64,000 nucleotides of DNA, taken from contig NMRA01000050.1 in assembly GCA_002633005.1 (NCBI GenBank), forward strand, positions 575,353 through 639,352. The letters run 5' to 3'. Shown here in pieces: positions 48,765 to 62,074 of the stretch. The position numbers and the translations under genes are program-made. Below the pieces are notes generated by a model. The model was given only the letters and a program-made list of their open reading frames with translations, was not told the origin of the DNA and searched no databases. The stretch is from Phoronis australis (Eukaryota; Animalia; Phoronida). Position 1 is the first letter of the stretch. Each line of letters starts with the position of its first letter.

Positions 48765-50900
48765 GTTAACAAGCCAGTGGTTACTCAAGTGGATAATGGA
48801 GTTGGAGTAAGACGCCAGCGTGGCAAGAGAAGGGGCAACTCTAAGATGGGGGAAAGAAGTATGACTGGCCTGCAGAACCTCGATTTCCTGAGTACAAGTC
48901 TTGAAGACTTGTCTCTTGGCAACAAGTTGTTGCTACGGCAACAAAAGGACAGGCCAATGCTTAAGTACAGTAGCTCTGCACCGGGACCGTCGTCAGAACA
49001 GATGATGAAACAGGCAGACTCAAATATGTGCTATGCTAATGGAGACGCTCATGTGGTCACCACGGGAAGTGCTCCTACAAGTCCTGTTAAATATCACCCT
49101 TCCATCAATGCACACATGCCACCCTCAACTAATCCGTATGCCAGACCACTTAGCGCCAAAGATATCCAACCTTCAACACCATCATCACCACAGTCAGCAT
49201 TGGCTAAAAGAAAATCTATTGAGTCGCCTTTTGCGAATGGCTTTAATGCTTCTTCGTCGTCGTCAAACCTGGTCAATACATTCTTGAGGCCACAGTCAGG
49301 CACAAGGAGGAGAGGTGAATCATCTGCCCCCTCCGCACAGTCGCCAGTTAGGGGTGGTCACAAAATTACTAAACCGATGCCGCCTACGGGGTTGGTTAGA
49401 AACGAGCCTCAACTTTTGAGCAAGGCTATGCAAAACAAACCACCTGTTGGCCCACACAGACCTAAATCACTTGTAAATGAAGACAGAACCAGGTCTACCA
49501 ATGCTGCTTCTACTGGATCATACACATTCAGTAGTGTTACTGATGCTAAGTCAAAATTTATGTCAAAAGTTGACAGTGTGAACAACAACATTATGACCAA
49601 CAAAGGACCAGCTCCTGGTAGACTCGAGAGGGAACGCCCCCTGTCGGTAAAAGACAATGCGGGTAACCCTTCTAAGGAAAAGCCAAATGTGAGTACTGCT
49701 GATTCAAGGTCACGCACTACTGCTGTAAACAGACGAGACTCTAGTCCAGCAAATACTGGCAGAAGGGAGCTGACACACAAGTTAAGTAAAAGCCCTGCGA
49801 GTAGTGATGGTGAGGGTTCGAGCCGAGAAACACCAAAAAAATCCAATAAGCACGTGCCACGCCCACCGCCTGGCACCAAGGTGACCACAGTCGCATCTCG
49901 TCCCCCGTCGGCAACTTCGCGACCCATATCAGCCCTGTCGCGGCCGGGTTCGGCATCAGAGATTGCCGCAAAGGTGCGTAATGTTAACTACTCGCCCTCA
50001 AAGCCATATGTTGAACTAGTTGAGAGTTCATCAGCTATAAACTCGTCCAAAGTGGAACCTGAAGGGGATGCAACTAGTAGTGTGACTNAAATTTATGTCA
50101 AAAGTTGACAGTGTGAACAACAACGTTATGACCAACAAAGGACCAGCTCCTGGTAGACTCGAGAGGGAACGCCCCCTGTCGGTAAAAGGCAATGCGGGTA
50201 ACCCTTCTAAGGAAAAGCCAAATGTGAGTACTGCTGATTCAAGGTCACGCGCTACTGCTGTAAACAGACGAGACTCTAGTCCAGCAAATACTGGCAGAAG
50301 GGAGCTGACACACAAGTTAAGTAAAAGCCCTGCGAGTAGTGATGGTGAGGGTTCGAGCCGAGAAACACCAAAAAAGTCCAATAAGCACGTGCCACGCCCA
50401 CCGCCTGGCACCAAGGTGACCACAGTCGCATCTCGTCCCCCGTCGGCAACTTCGCTACCCATATCAGCCCTGTCGCGGCCGGGTTCGGCATCAGAGATTG
50501 CCGCAAAGGTGCGTAATGTTAACTACTCGCCCTCAAAGCCATATGTTGAACTAGTTGAGAGTTCATCAGCTATAAACTCGTCCAAAGTGGAACCTGAAGG
50601 GGATGCAACTAGTAGTGTGACTTTGACAGGGAGTGTGGTGACAAAGGAGTCGAGTTCTGTGTCAGAGGGGTCTTCGGGCTCGGATTCCATTGCCTCTAAA
50701 ACTGTGTATTACCATAAAGAATCAAAGGCCTCCAAAGGGAGCCGGCCAGAGTACCGGTCCCTTGCTGATGGTGCTCCATCGCAGATGGTCAAGAGGGAAG
50801 CGTTATCAGCAGCAACAACCACGACATTAGGTGAAAGTGAGGGTGAAGAGTGGGAGGATGAAGGAGAGGAATCAGAGTTTAGTGGCGCCCCCAGTGTCAG
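48765..50900 (+). CDS. TTLL4: TTLL4, large exon encoding the Ser/Pro/Lys-rich disordered N-terminus (contains an artefactual 534-bp duplication)
   Basis: Acceptor ttttcag, long open frame VNKPVVTQ...FSGAPSV, donor AG|GTAAGC, phase 2. The frame is continuous once 50088-50622 is removed. Confidence 0.85.
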
Positions 50901-52642
50901 GTAAGCTAATTATTTTGACATGCTGATTAGTTTGATACTAAGTTTTCACAAGAGATTGTTGTGAATGTTCACCGTTTCTAAAAACGCTGGGAGATGGAAG
51001 GTGTGCTATTAAACAGTGTAACTTTCATGACAAAAAGTTTCACTTGCCTGCCATACTGTATCCCAAATTTGTGAGGTTTTACTTTAGCCCAGCAAATCCA
51101 TTAATTGCTTTGTATGTTTTGGCAATTCCATTATATATCCCAAGTTTTTAAGCAAATTTATAGTTCCAATGTAGGGTCATCGAATGCAAAGTTGATCTAG
51201 AAAGTTAACTGTGTAAATCATAATGTACTTGAGCACGCAACAACACTTTTCTTGAGTTCACAAAAAGAAGAATGAAAAATGTCAAAAATTTTTTTTTTTC
51301 GAGTACGCAGTTCCAATACCAATGAAAAACGAAACGCCTCGCTAAAGTTCCAGTTTTGTTTAGTTAACAAAATTCACACTAATTTCTTTGTGATATTTCA
51401 TTGGCTCTTCAGTGGTGACGATGGGATGGAGTAACGTTTGACCCAGTGTGTTGTAAACCTTGGTAAACTCTCAAAAGTAGCATTAACCCCCCAGGTGAAT
51501 AGCAGATCAGGTATTTGGATAACTGGATAAGCAACTGATAATGTCCATTCAGTCTGACCCTACATAAACTATGGTGAACAAAAAGTGGAAACAGATTGCT
51601 CAGTGACTAGATAAGAGTTTATAGAGTCAACAGAGAGCTCTGTTTACACTGACAACCTGCTTAGCTACAACATGAGAGCAGTTACTTTTATTTACCTAAC
51701 ATTATTGACCAGGGATTACATCACTGGAATAGGAACTGAAGACATAGTACTACACACAAATGCTCAGCTTATGAATAGTTGTACATTTAGACTAAACCAT
51801 GAATTATATAACTATACATTTACTGATGAAACTTTGCTCTTGTAACCTGTTTCATGGTCCACACTGAAACATTAGATTTTATTGATTTAGACTTCATCTT
51901 AGTAGCACTTGTAATTATAAGAATGGTGTATTGATTTTATGCTACTTATCAATTAAAATGTTCAATCAGTTAATAATCTACGGTAATCCAACTGATATTT
52001 ACCCCAGTTACATGTCTTAGCGATGGCTGATGAAGGTTCATTGCTAAGGGATTTACAGCTTAATCCTAACATACAGGGTCTTAAGCATCTTCATTATCCT
52101 AGAATTAAGATAACTGCATTATTATACAGTTATGCTCTTCGTTGATGAAAAATTGGTTAATTCCTGTGCAAAATTCAATGTTTGTTTTTTGGCAATAAAT
52201 CTTTGATAACATTACTCAATGGGAGCTATTTATTACCCTTTTCATACCTGGGTGATTGATGTTGAAAAAGTTGTAGCCTAGCCTCTATTTTCATAGCATT
52301 CAGTGTTATTTAATGACGGTGTGTGAAGTGCAAAGAATTACTATGTCTGTTGCTGGTCGTATGTCCTGGTAATAATATCTAACATTCTTTTCCTCTCAGT
52401 GCCTTCCTAAATTTGTCAAAGGCCACATTTTTTCAGTTTTTGATTCGAAGGTGAATCCCTAATGGCTCTGGTCAGAGCAAAGCTTCTCTACACCACATTT
52501 AACCTGAAACTGTTGGTGCCATTAACTGTCAGGATTTCCATTGGTTGGTGGGATATTTGTGACTGACATCCTCAACAAGAGGTCTAAAACTAGCTCTAAA
52601 AGTGGCTGCCAGATGGCTCTAATATTACTGTTTGTGTTGCAG

Positions 52643-52758
52643 TGAACGCATGCCCGGAGATGGCGAGGCTGATGACATGGAAGATGATGATATGGAGGAT
52701 GATGATGAAGCCATTGATAACTTGGATGATGATGGTGATGATCTTGTCAGCTCTGATG
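52643..52758 (+). CDS. TTLL4: TTLL4 exon (acidic)
   Basis: Acceptor ttgcag, ERMPGDGEADDMEDDDMEDDDEAIDNLDDDGDDLVSSD, donor G|GTGAGA, phase 2/1. Confidence 0.85.
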
Positions 52759-53820
52759 GTGAGACTTAGAGTTTTCTTGTCGCTTTAGTTTGGCAACTGT
52801 CCTTTACATTGATGTAGCCCTTTGTTAGGTTGGATAATAAATGAACGAGTCTAGTCTTGGTTGTGTGCTGACACAGCTTGTGTCAAATTGTTTGATTTCT
52901 ATAAGATTGAAGCACCGCTATCTGAATGATGCTTTATGTTGAGGCTATCTGCTGGGTGGCGAGAAATACAAAATTATTACCCTCACATCGCGTTGCTGCT
53001 ACAAAGTGGTGGTTGTCATTTGTTAAAGAAATTCAAGTGGGAACATTCATCTGAACTTCAGTCAGGTATTGTCCAATATACTGGCATTTTATCCACTTCA
53101 AAGGCCATATTACTTGATTTTCAAAAAGCACCCTGCATCATTTGTCTTATATTTATTTTGTTGAAATGGAATGCGCACTAATGACTGATGATTTGAACAA
53201 TGCTTGCTACATTTATCAAATAGAAGCAGGAAATATAAATATGCTCTCTGGCAGAAAGGATGCTTTTAAAGGATTGTTAGTCAAGTTGGGCCTACAGCTA
53301 GTTGACAACTTGTGCTGTTTATTTTAATGACTTGTATTTTTACTTTGGGTAAATAAAAAGTGTTGCTTATTTCACACACAGACTTGCCAAAATGTTGGAA
53401 ATTTCACTATCCACTTTTAATTTGTGAGTTGCGTTAAATAGATCCAATTGTTTGGAAAAAGTCACTGCCTGAATGGTGCGCCATTGCAGAAAAGTAGAGT
53501 CTCAAGTGGGGAATAATGTGTTTTTGCATATTTGGTATTGTACAAGTATGGATTGATCTACAGGGTGGTTTCAGGTCGTATGGACTGAGGGAGAGTGATT
53601 TTGGAACATGGCTCTCCTGTGGTCAATATGGCCTGCTATACCTAAGGGATGGGTCTATATCTATTTTATTATAGTACCACCCACACCTAATTTTTTCTGT
53701 CTTTTATTAGGTTGGCATGTTGCTAGTACGTACTTTGATGTACTGGGTGGCATGTGATATTCCTTATCCAGTCACATACAATTCTTCAATTCTTCACAGG
53801 TCTATATTTGCTCATTTCAG

Positions 53821-54066
53821 ATGAGTCTATTATTGACAGTCTGTCCATCACAAGTGGCTCCATCCACCGCTCAGCACTTAATAGGTTGAAGTCAGCAGCC
53901 ACCAAGAAGAGGCCACCAGCTCCTGCTAAGCTCCGCCCACGGTCAGCAGTACCAACAGACTCTGTGTCGACTCCAGTGGTGAAGACCGAGCCACAGTCAC
54001 CATTAACTGCCAGCTTATTCTCCAATGTACCCCCTGTAATCACGTTTGTAGCTGAGGGGGAAACAG
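53821..54066 (+). CDS. TTLL4: TTLL4 exon
   Basis: Acceptor tttcag, ESIIDSLSITSG...PLTASLFSNVPPVITF, donor G|GTGTGT, phase 1/1. Confidence 0.88.
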
Positions 54067-54538
54067 GTGTGTGGCTTTCAATATAGAATTCTTTTTTCAT
54101 GAATTGCAAGTCTTTTCTTTTCAACTCAGTTCTTTTTTCAAATGAACACTGTTCTTTTGTCCTTAGTAAATAGTAATTGTTTTCAAGAAAAGATTTTAAT
54201 ATAGTTCATAAGAAAAGAACTGCAGTTCTCAAGAAAGGAACTGTGTTGGTGTGTAAAGCATGCACTTAATGATAACACTTTTGAGAAGTGTGAGGTGTGT
54301 AAAGCATGCAGTTATTGATAACACTTTTGAGAAATGTGAGGGAGAAAAATTGCCCCCTCTTACTGACCAGAGCATTTTCAAATTAAGTGCTAAAAAAAAC
54401 AAGACTGCACCTTATCAAGTCAACTATCATCACATAACAGTTTGTTCAAACATAACGCACCTCAGTGACTATAGAAGGTTGTATGTAAAATTGGACATTG
54501 CTGTTTATTGGCCATTTTGACCTCTCTTGTGGTTTCAG

Positions 54539-54649
54539 TTGAGCAGTTGCCGTGGGATATCCGTAAGTTCCTCAAGTGGAGAATGTGTTCCATCACACCC
54601 AATGTGGTGAAGAACTGCATCGCACGGTCAGGCTTCCGACCAACCAAGA
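54539..54649 (+). CDS. TTLL4: TTLL4 exon (start of TTL domain)
   Basis: EQLPWDIRKFLKWRMCSITPNVVKNCIARSGF, GT-AG, phase 1/1. Confidence 0.93.
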
Positions 54650-54702
54650 GTGAGTTCATCTACAGTTAACATTGTATCACTGTCTTAAAGTGCATGGTAA
54701 AG

Positions 54703-54870
54703 TGCAGTGAATTCACAAAAGGGTAATCTGTGTAAATACAGTATTGCAGTGAATTCACAAAAGGGTAATCTGTGTAAATACAGTATTGCAGTGAATTCAC
54801 AAAAGGGTAATCTGTGTAAATACAGTATTGCAGTGAATTCACAAAAGGGTAATCTGTGTAAATACAATAT
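54703..54870 (+). repeat. 42-bp minisatellite, about 4 copies
   Basis: TGCAGTGAATTCACAAAAGGGTAATCTGTGTAAATACAGTAT in perfect tandem, without spacers. Confidence 0.97.
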
Positions 54871-55365
54871 TCATTTCCTTTATGTGGCTCAATCAACAGC
54901 AGTAATGCAGGTTTTATTTTTGTCTTGAGGTGTGACTAATTTAATTGTGTGAATGGACTTTCAAGTAAGGAATACCGTCACCATGATTACGCGCCTTCAT
55001 CGCTTAGTGTTTAAAAGAGCAATTTTTAGTGAAAATGATCAAATACCATTGATCAACATGTCTCCTGCTGGTACTTTGTTGGCAAATAAATTTAAATTGT
55101 GTGAGCTGTGTATAGCCCATGTTCACATGTTTCAAGGAGGATTTGTGTCATTGGATTTTGACAGCTATATTGTTTGTATCAATGAGTATTCTTTGTAATA
55201 GGTTTGCTGATTATTATGTACCAAGAGGGTGCATTGCTTTTGTGATCTTTGCATGGTTTTTATGGCTTGTTGTCAACTGGATAATTATCATCTATTTATT
55301 GCGAAAAATGTCACAGCACCACCTTATGCCTGTTTTTTGTACTTCACTTTATGTCTCACTTGCAG

Positions 55366-55637
55366 AGTCCCATGACTGGCTTGGCTGCTGGGGTAAGCAC
55401 ATGAAAGCAACCGGCTTCAAAGCAGTCCGTGACTACCAGAAGCTGAACCATTTTCCTGGTTCATTCCAGATCGGTCGCAAAGACCGACTGTGGCGTAACC
55501 TGTCTAAGATGCAGGTGCATTTTGGGAAGAAGGAGTTCTCCTTCTTCCCGCAGACGTTTGTGTTGCCATTTGACATGAAACAACTGAAGAGGGCATGGGA
55601 GGATGCTGGCAATAAGCAGAAGTGGATTATTAAGCCG
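55366..55637 (+). CDS. TTLL4: TTLL4 exon
   Basis: DWLGCWGKHMK...QKLNHFPGSFQIGRKDRLWRNL...FFPQTFVLP...KWIIKP, phase 1/0. Confidence 0.97.
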
Positions 55638-55967
55638 GTGAGCTATTATGTCGCCACACTTTGTTGTAGGATTACTTGTCTTTTGTTTGTCACCTTTTGT
55701 ATTTTGCAGTACTAACCAGGAGGTACTCAGCAGTCAATGTGAAGGATGGTGTATTCTTTTTCCAGTCACTAGTTGTGTGATTGTAAATAAAATGTTTAAT
55801 TTCCCTGGCTCACTCAAACAGGATCTTCTAGAGAGTCACTAGTTCAACAGTGTATATATATCACATGACATTTTAAGCATGGTCAGTGGATATTCTTGCA
55901 ATATGTTTTTCCTCAATGCAGCAGTCCCAAGGTGGTCCTTGATTAGTTTCTGCATGCGTCATTTTAG

Positions 55968-56050
55968 CCTGCGTCTGCCCGTGGTATCGGAATTAAAGTC
56001 ATCCACAAATGGAACCAGATACCCAAGAAGCGACCAGTTATAGTCCAGAA
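55968..56050 (+). CDS. TTLL4: TTLL4 exon
   Basis: PASARGIGIKVIHKWNQIPKKRPVIVQK, phase 0/2. Confidence 0.97.
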
Positions 56051-56619
56051 GTGAGTGTCACCTGTCAGTGTTCTGTCGGACAGTTATCAACTTTTTACAT
56101 CCTGACAGTGTTGAATTTTTTCACGTATTATTCTATAATTAACAATTAATTTCTTTCTCATTTTCTCTGTGGCTTAGCATTGACAAATGAGTTTAAACAT
56201 TTTTAAATAAATCTTGAATTAGTACCCTAACATATCGATATTACTTGTTGCATAGAAATTGGGCTTTATGGATAGAAAATACTGCAATAAAATTCCAATG
56301 AAGTTTCCTCAAATTCTAACAAAAGTAATGTCCAAAAAATTTTTATATTTTTATACTTCCATTTATTTGTATTTTTACGATCGTGACAGGTGTGTCCCTG
56401 TTTAGAAGAGCATTGAGCATTGCTAACTTGCTATGCACCCCTTTAGAGTATATTTAAAGTTTAGTAGCTCCCTTAAGGTTATCTCAAACCTTATTTAGCG
56501 ACCTTAGTTCTAACTCATCTTTTTAACAAAACAGGCCGTCAACTAGTAAAAGACAGTATATATTTTTGGAAAAAACATCGGAGATTATAAAAATATGTTA
56601 TATAATATATGTATGTGCC

Positions 56620-56802
56620 ATTATTACTATTACTATTATTGTTATTATTACTATTACTATTATTGTTGTTATTACTTTTTGCTATTATTATTATTATTAC
56701 TGTTACTATTATTATTATTATTATTATTTTTACTACTACTACGGTTATTATTACTACTACTATTATTATTACTATTATTATTACTATTGCAATTGTTATT
56801 AT
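56620..56802 (+). repeat. (TAT/TAC)n compound microsatellite
   Basis: Direct reading. It produces the poly-Y/L/I ORFs. Confidence 0.97.
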
Positions 56803-57395
56803 GTAACACTCTTTTAAGCCAAAATGTCATTCTTAAGAAAGGTACATTCATAGCAAAATAACCCCTTAGTCAATTCTAATGAAACCCTTTTTAAATGAGA
56901 ACTTCACAATTTACCTCTTAACCACTGAATGTACCTCGAGTCAAACAAGGACAAAGTTGGGATCAGGTAAGTAGGTCAACAGTTCATTGTGATACACATC
57001 ATGCGCTGGGAGACTGATATCAAGAAACCAAGTGCGAATTTGACAACAGAAATCGAGTCGGTCATTAAAATGCGCCGTCAGCACGATCAGATCGAAATAG
57101 CGAAATGTCAAATCACCATAATGCATTTGGATATAGGACTTATCTTTTTTCACAGCTTGCTGCGTTGGTGAACCCAAATTCACAAGGTCGGTATGCCGAC
57201 TCAGATTCACTGCATTTTGTTCTCAATGGTCGTATGCTTGCAGATGCACAACTCCCTCAGGATCAAAACTACATTTTGTAATTGTTTTCCACGGCATCTT
57301 GCTAACATTTCACTATTCCACCATATTGTATTCTTTTTTTTGAAGAAACTTTACCATAGTGTTAAAACTCAGCTAGTTGCTTGTCCCTGTTTCAG

Positions 57396-57524
57396 ATATC
57401 TGGGTAAACCATACCTGATTAATGAAAGTAAGTTTGACATGAGAATCTATGTGTACGTGGCCTGCTATGACCCTCTCAGGATTTATGTCTTTGAAGATGG
57501 ACTGACAAGATTTGCCTCAATGAA
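57396..57524 (+). CDS. TTLL4: TTLL4 exon
   Basis: YLGKPYLINESKFDMRIYVYVACYDPLRIYVFEDGLTRFAS, phase 2/2. Confidence 0.97.
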
Positions 57525-57984
57525 GTAAGTGCCATCTTGTGAAACTGTGGTTAGTGATAAGTGCACACCTAGGTCACATATCAAGAGCAAAATAATTAAC
57601 TTAGTGAAAATCATTTAGCATTGGCCAGGGTTGCTTCTTGAACGGGCTCAATTCCAATCTATTAGCTTGATGGATAAGTTTCATCCTTGTGATGCCAATA
57701 TTTTCTGTGTAATGGGCCTGTAAATTCATTGACAATTGAAAGTTGTCAAAGAGTTTGATATGATCCATGTTTATGTTTGAAGCAATTGACTTTACTTAAA
57801 GGGAGGTCGACCAAGAATGCATTTTACAGTTATTTTTGGATGAGATAGACTTTTTGTAGTTGTTAGCTTTAACAGATCTATGAGTATATTATAAATCTTT
57901 AATTCTCACCATTGTCTGCCATGTATTCACTGACTCACTCAAGTCAAGACTGGCGACTTCACCAGTTAAAGATGCTTAAAATTT

Positions 57985-58100
57985 AATGGATTTAGTTCGG
58001 TAGAAGAGCATTTGTCTTTGACTGCGAGGGTTCCATTTTCAATTCCACACTAAGGCTGATCTCAGAAAAAGACGTATCTCACTAAAAACGTCACTTTAAC
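57985..58100 (+). repeat. Degenerate tRNA-derived (SINE-like) sequence
   Basis: TAGTTCGGTAGAAGAGCATTTGTCTTTGACTGCGAGGGTTCC...TTCAATTCC resembles a tRNA head with A- and B-boxes. Confidence 0.4.
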
Positions 58101-58126
58101 TCATCTGGAGAAAGTAAAGACATTAA

Positions 58127-59033
58127 GAGTGAAGTATGGCTCACAGCAGGCAAAAATGCCCAGAGGGGTGATAAACCCAATGTCACCGATTTGAACCATA
58201 CTATGCATTTTAGTTACCTTTGGGATGATAAATAAAACAGTAAAGTCCAATCTCATTTTTCCTTGTTTGAGTGGGAGAAATCAGGGAGCCTCTATTTTGG
58301 GGTTATGCCATGCAATGAACTAACCGAAAATGCCTTATTTGCACTGCACAATAAAAAATATCGGTGCACGAGACCATTATTTGTTTGTAATTTTTAAATA
58401 AAACAAGTCTTCGACAAAGATGTTAAACAATACTCATTTACTCTGCCGCTAAGTTAAAAATTTCAGGCATAAAATATAGAGGGGTCAGAGGTTAACAAGG
58501 CATTGCAATTTCGCCAAACTTTGAGCCCGTATATCTCAGCTGGCACAACACTGATCAACACCAGACTTTTACACAAGACGTTTCTATCTTATTGCTGTTG
58601 ATTAGTACAATAAAATTTTCTGGCGCTGAACATTTTTCTATACAAATTGCAAGATTGCGACAACCACCTGAGTAGAAATTACCTTCAANTGAAATTTTTA
58701 ACTTAGCGGCAGAGTTAATGAGTATTGTTTAACATCTTTGTAAAGCCGAAGATTTGCTTTATTTAAAAATTACAAACAAATAATGATCTTGTGCGCCGAT
58801 ACTTTTTAATGTGCAGTGCAAATAAGGCATTTTCGGCGAGTTCATTACATGGCATACCCCCAAAATAGAGGCTCCCTGATTTCTCCCCCTTAAACAAGGT
58901 AAAATGAGATTGGACTTTACTGTTTTGTTTATCATCCCAAAGGTAACTAAAATGCATAGTATGGTTAAAATCGGTGACATTGGGTTTATCACCCCTCTGG
59001 GCATTTTTGCCTGCTGTGAGCCGTACTTCACTC
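58127..59033. mobile_element. Palindromic Kolobok-like MITE with ~340-bp arms
   Basis: TTAA|GAGTGAAGTATGGCTCACAGCAGG ... CCTGCTGTGAGCCGTACTTCACTC|TTAA. A single N at 58689 lies inside. Confidence 0.85.
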
Positions 59034-59501
59034 TTAAGTTATTGCACGCCTGCACATAGGAATCTACATCAATAAACACCTTTCTGTTGTCTTAAATTTC
59101 AGTGGTGGCCAAATTCTTCGTCACCACTACTGGTGTCCGCGGCAGTGATAGTGATTTGATAGTATTTGTTAATAGTGATCGTAATCAACATCTTCTGTGG
59201 GGTCAAATTTAGCCATCAGTGTTGACAGTTGTGTTTTTGCCACTATTAGTGGTTCTTTGTGCCCTCTTCTGTTTAACAAACACTGCTGATAAACCTATTC
59301 CTGTTCCACTTAATCAGCATTTTTACAGATAGAGAAAACTTGCTTGTGTGCATGGCGGAATAGAGACTTATGGGATACCACCCCTCTGGCCACCTGGTGT
59401 CTTGACACATTATATGTTGTATCTACTGTTAGTAGTCCAATTTCCTTCAAGCCATTGCTCATATGCCTGTGTCTATGTTACATGATGACTGTTAATTACA
59501 G

Positions 59502-59624
59502 GTACTCCAGTTCTATGAAGAGTTTAAACAATAAGTACATGCATCTGACCAACTATAGTATCAACAAGAAGAATGCTGACTACCAATCTAATAGTGATGA
59601 TGGTGTCTGTCAGGGACATAAATG
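59502..59624 (+). CDS. TTLL4: TTLL4 exon
   Basis: YSSSMKSLNNKYMHLTNYSINKKN...CQGHKW, phase 2/2. Confidence 0.97.
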
Positions 59625-59999
59625 GTATGTCCAGCTGTGCCTAAATGATATGTACAAAGATGGAGTTTGGGAATTTTGCATCAAGCGTGATGAACATTAT
59701 TCCATTTTAAGCTTAGTGACTGTTTAACTTGGATGTTAGTTTAGTTTCACCAACAAAATCTTCTGCTTTTAATCTTTTTATGTTTCTATGTTTCATTTTC
59801 ATGTTGGTTTACTTTCACACACTCTAATAATTCTACTGTTCTTCATTTTGATAAAAGTAACATTAGGAATAGATAAACAACAGTTAAGGTTCATCGTGTG
59901 ATTTCATTGAGAAGCTTTACAGTGAAGCGTTAGTCCAGGTCTTTGCTAAATATAATTGTGAATTTGTTTTACCAAAAATCTACATTTTGCTTTTGACAG

Positions 60000-60098
60000 G
60001 AGCCTGAAAGCACTGTGGGGATATCTTAAGAAGAAAGGAGTTGACACCAAGCAGATATGGGAGAATATTAAAGATCTAATTGTGAAAACAATTATCTC
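60000..60098 (+). CDS. TTLL4: TTLL4 exon
   Basis: SLKALWGYLKKKGVDTKQIWENIKDLIVKTIIS, phase 2/2. Confidence 0.96.
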
Positions 60099-60502
60099 GT
60101 AAGTTCAAATGTCTATTAAGTGTTTTCTGGAAAGACTCGATAGCTGATAGATGCTTGAGCATCTTGTGTGTCATATCAGTTTGGCAGAACTCAGTGAAAG
60201 GGTTTTGTAATTCTGCGGATCATTTTTGTGGATGTATGAAAAGAGCAATCATTTGTGAGAAAGTCATTGGTCAAGCTATGAACATGGAAAATGTAAACTT
60301 TGCCTTGTTTCCCACAAGTGAGCAGGCAAACTAAAGTTCATGCATGCAATTAATTGCAACAAGTTAAAGTGGACGTAAGCAATGCTATATTTCCTGCACA
60401 CTTTGAGCCTTATTGTTTACTCTTAAAAATGTAATCTGATTAGTGATTTCAAGTTTGCATGGTGGGTCTGTTCCCCTATCTCAAATTTCCTGTCTTTGCC
60501 AG

Positions 60503-60637
60503 CTCCGAGTCTGCTGTTAATAGTATGATCAAAAGTAACGTAAGAAGCCGATACAGCGTACACGAACTGTTTGGCTTTGACGTGATGCTGGATGACGCTC
60601 TCAAACCCTGGGTACTGGAGGTCAACATATCACCTTC
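60503..60637 (+). CDS. TTLL4: TTLL4 exon (ATP-grasp catalytic motif)
   Basis: HELFGFDVMLDDALKPWVLEVNISPS, phase 2/2. Confidence 0.97.
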
Positions 60638-61142
60638 GTAAGTTTTTTAATCCATGTTTTTATTACTGAATAGATTTATGTAACACAAACTATGGTAAAG
60701 TTTGTCCAATTTTGGACACAATATGGTGGACTAAAATTTATTTTATGATTTTATCAGTGCAACATCTGAAGCACAATGCATTATCATTTTACTATCAGAT
60801 AAAGTTGTGAAAAATTGTTGTGGGCATTCGCTATGATGCTAGTACCCTTCGAAAAATCAAAAAAGTATTTGTGCCAATTGTTTTTTGTCTGAGATTTTTT
60901 CTGTAAAACTTTCATTTCATGTGATATGGAAGTTGTTTGTAATGTCTATATTTTTCTTAAATTTCAATTGTCACCTCTAAAGATTGATTTACTGCAAAAA
61001 CATTCAGTTAAGTATCAAATTTTCGCTGATGGTTTCCATGGCTTATATATTTGAATGATTCCTGTAGTTGGTGAATAGCCTCCTACGTTTAAGTTTATGT
61101 AGATTTTATGTCCTGATTTATTTTGTTACTTTGATTTTATAG

Positions 61143-61253
61143 CCTCCACTCCAACTCACAGCTGGATATCAATGTCAAAGGTCAAATGATAAAAGATCTG
61201 CACAATCTGGCTGGATTCAGAATACCCGAGAAAAGTGATGTGACAGAGACTCC
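61143..61253 (+). CDS. TTLL4: TTLL4 exon
   Basis: LHSNSQLDINVKGQMIKDLHNLAGFRIP, donor CC|GTAAGA, phase 2/2. Confidence 0.95.
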
Positions 61254-62074
61254 GTAAGACATTTGGCGTGTATTCCATAGACGTGACAACTTTTGAAAAT
61301 ACAAGATCACGCAAAGCTTTGCGAGATTCCAGCATATTGAACAAGTGAAGCATGTGATTACACTGACTTTCTTTGCGAGACTCTTGCGTCTTTGCAACTC
61401 AGTCATGTGATATGTGTTGGTAATTTTGTGCAATATCAAGAAAAATTATGCTTTGATTGTAACGTAATAAAACGAAGTGTTGATTGAAAGTTTTAAGTGA
61501 AAATAATCGAATCAAATACCTTTGTTATCCAGAGATAAAATTCATCTAGCTTTTTAATGAGCGTATATTACTATTAGTCAAGTGCGTGTGAATATTGACG
61601 GTTAATACAAACTGGGCATGTGCGAATTGTTGGTGGGTTTTAAAGAGAGAGGAAGCTGAAAGGAGACAGGGGGAAGAAATGGAAACCAGATATGATGACT
61701 CAAGGGTCCCAATGTTCCTTTTGAGACCATTGTGTTTGGTTTCTAATTTCAAAATAAGTGAAATCTCGCTGACCTTGTACCACCCCTCAAAAACAAATAG
61801 TGAGGTCCTCCATAATAGGATTGGGGAGACTGAAATGCTTGAAGGCTTGTGGGTTAAATGTTTGTGCCAGAATATGTCCATTCATGCAAATGTTCAGGGT
61901 CTCATTATATGACACACCTGAGTGTAATTCACATAATGCAATAAATCGCTCCAGAAGATTTTCACGTAAAGTGGGTGTATTGATATTAATTGTGAGTGAA
62001 TCTGTTCCCCCCTCAGCTCGATAACACTTTCAACATTCTCTTGCAGCAGTAAATAACCATCATCCGTAGTGGTA

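Noticed and set aside
49094-50506. Antisense ORFs of 69-172 aa
   Set aside because: Shadows of the TTLL4 coding exon with no independent features.
54703-54870. CRISPR-like regular repeats
   Set aside because: Head-to-tail identical units with no unique spacers, no cas genes, and a eukaryotic intron context.
56566-56861. Poly-Tyr/Leu/Ile ORFs
   Set aside because: Translations of a TAT/TAC microsatellite.
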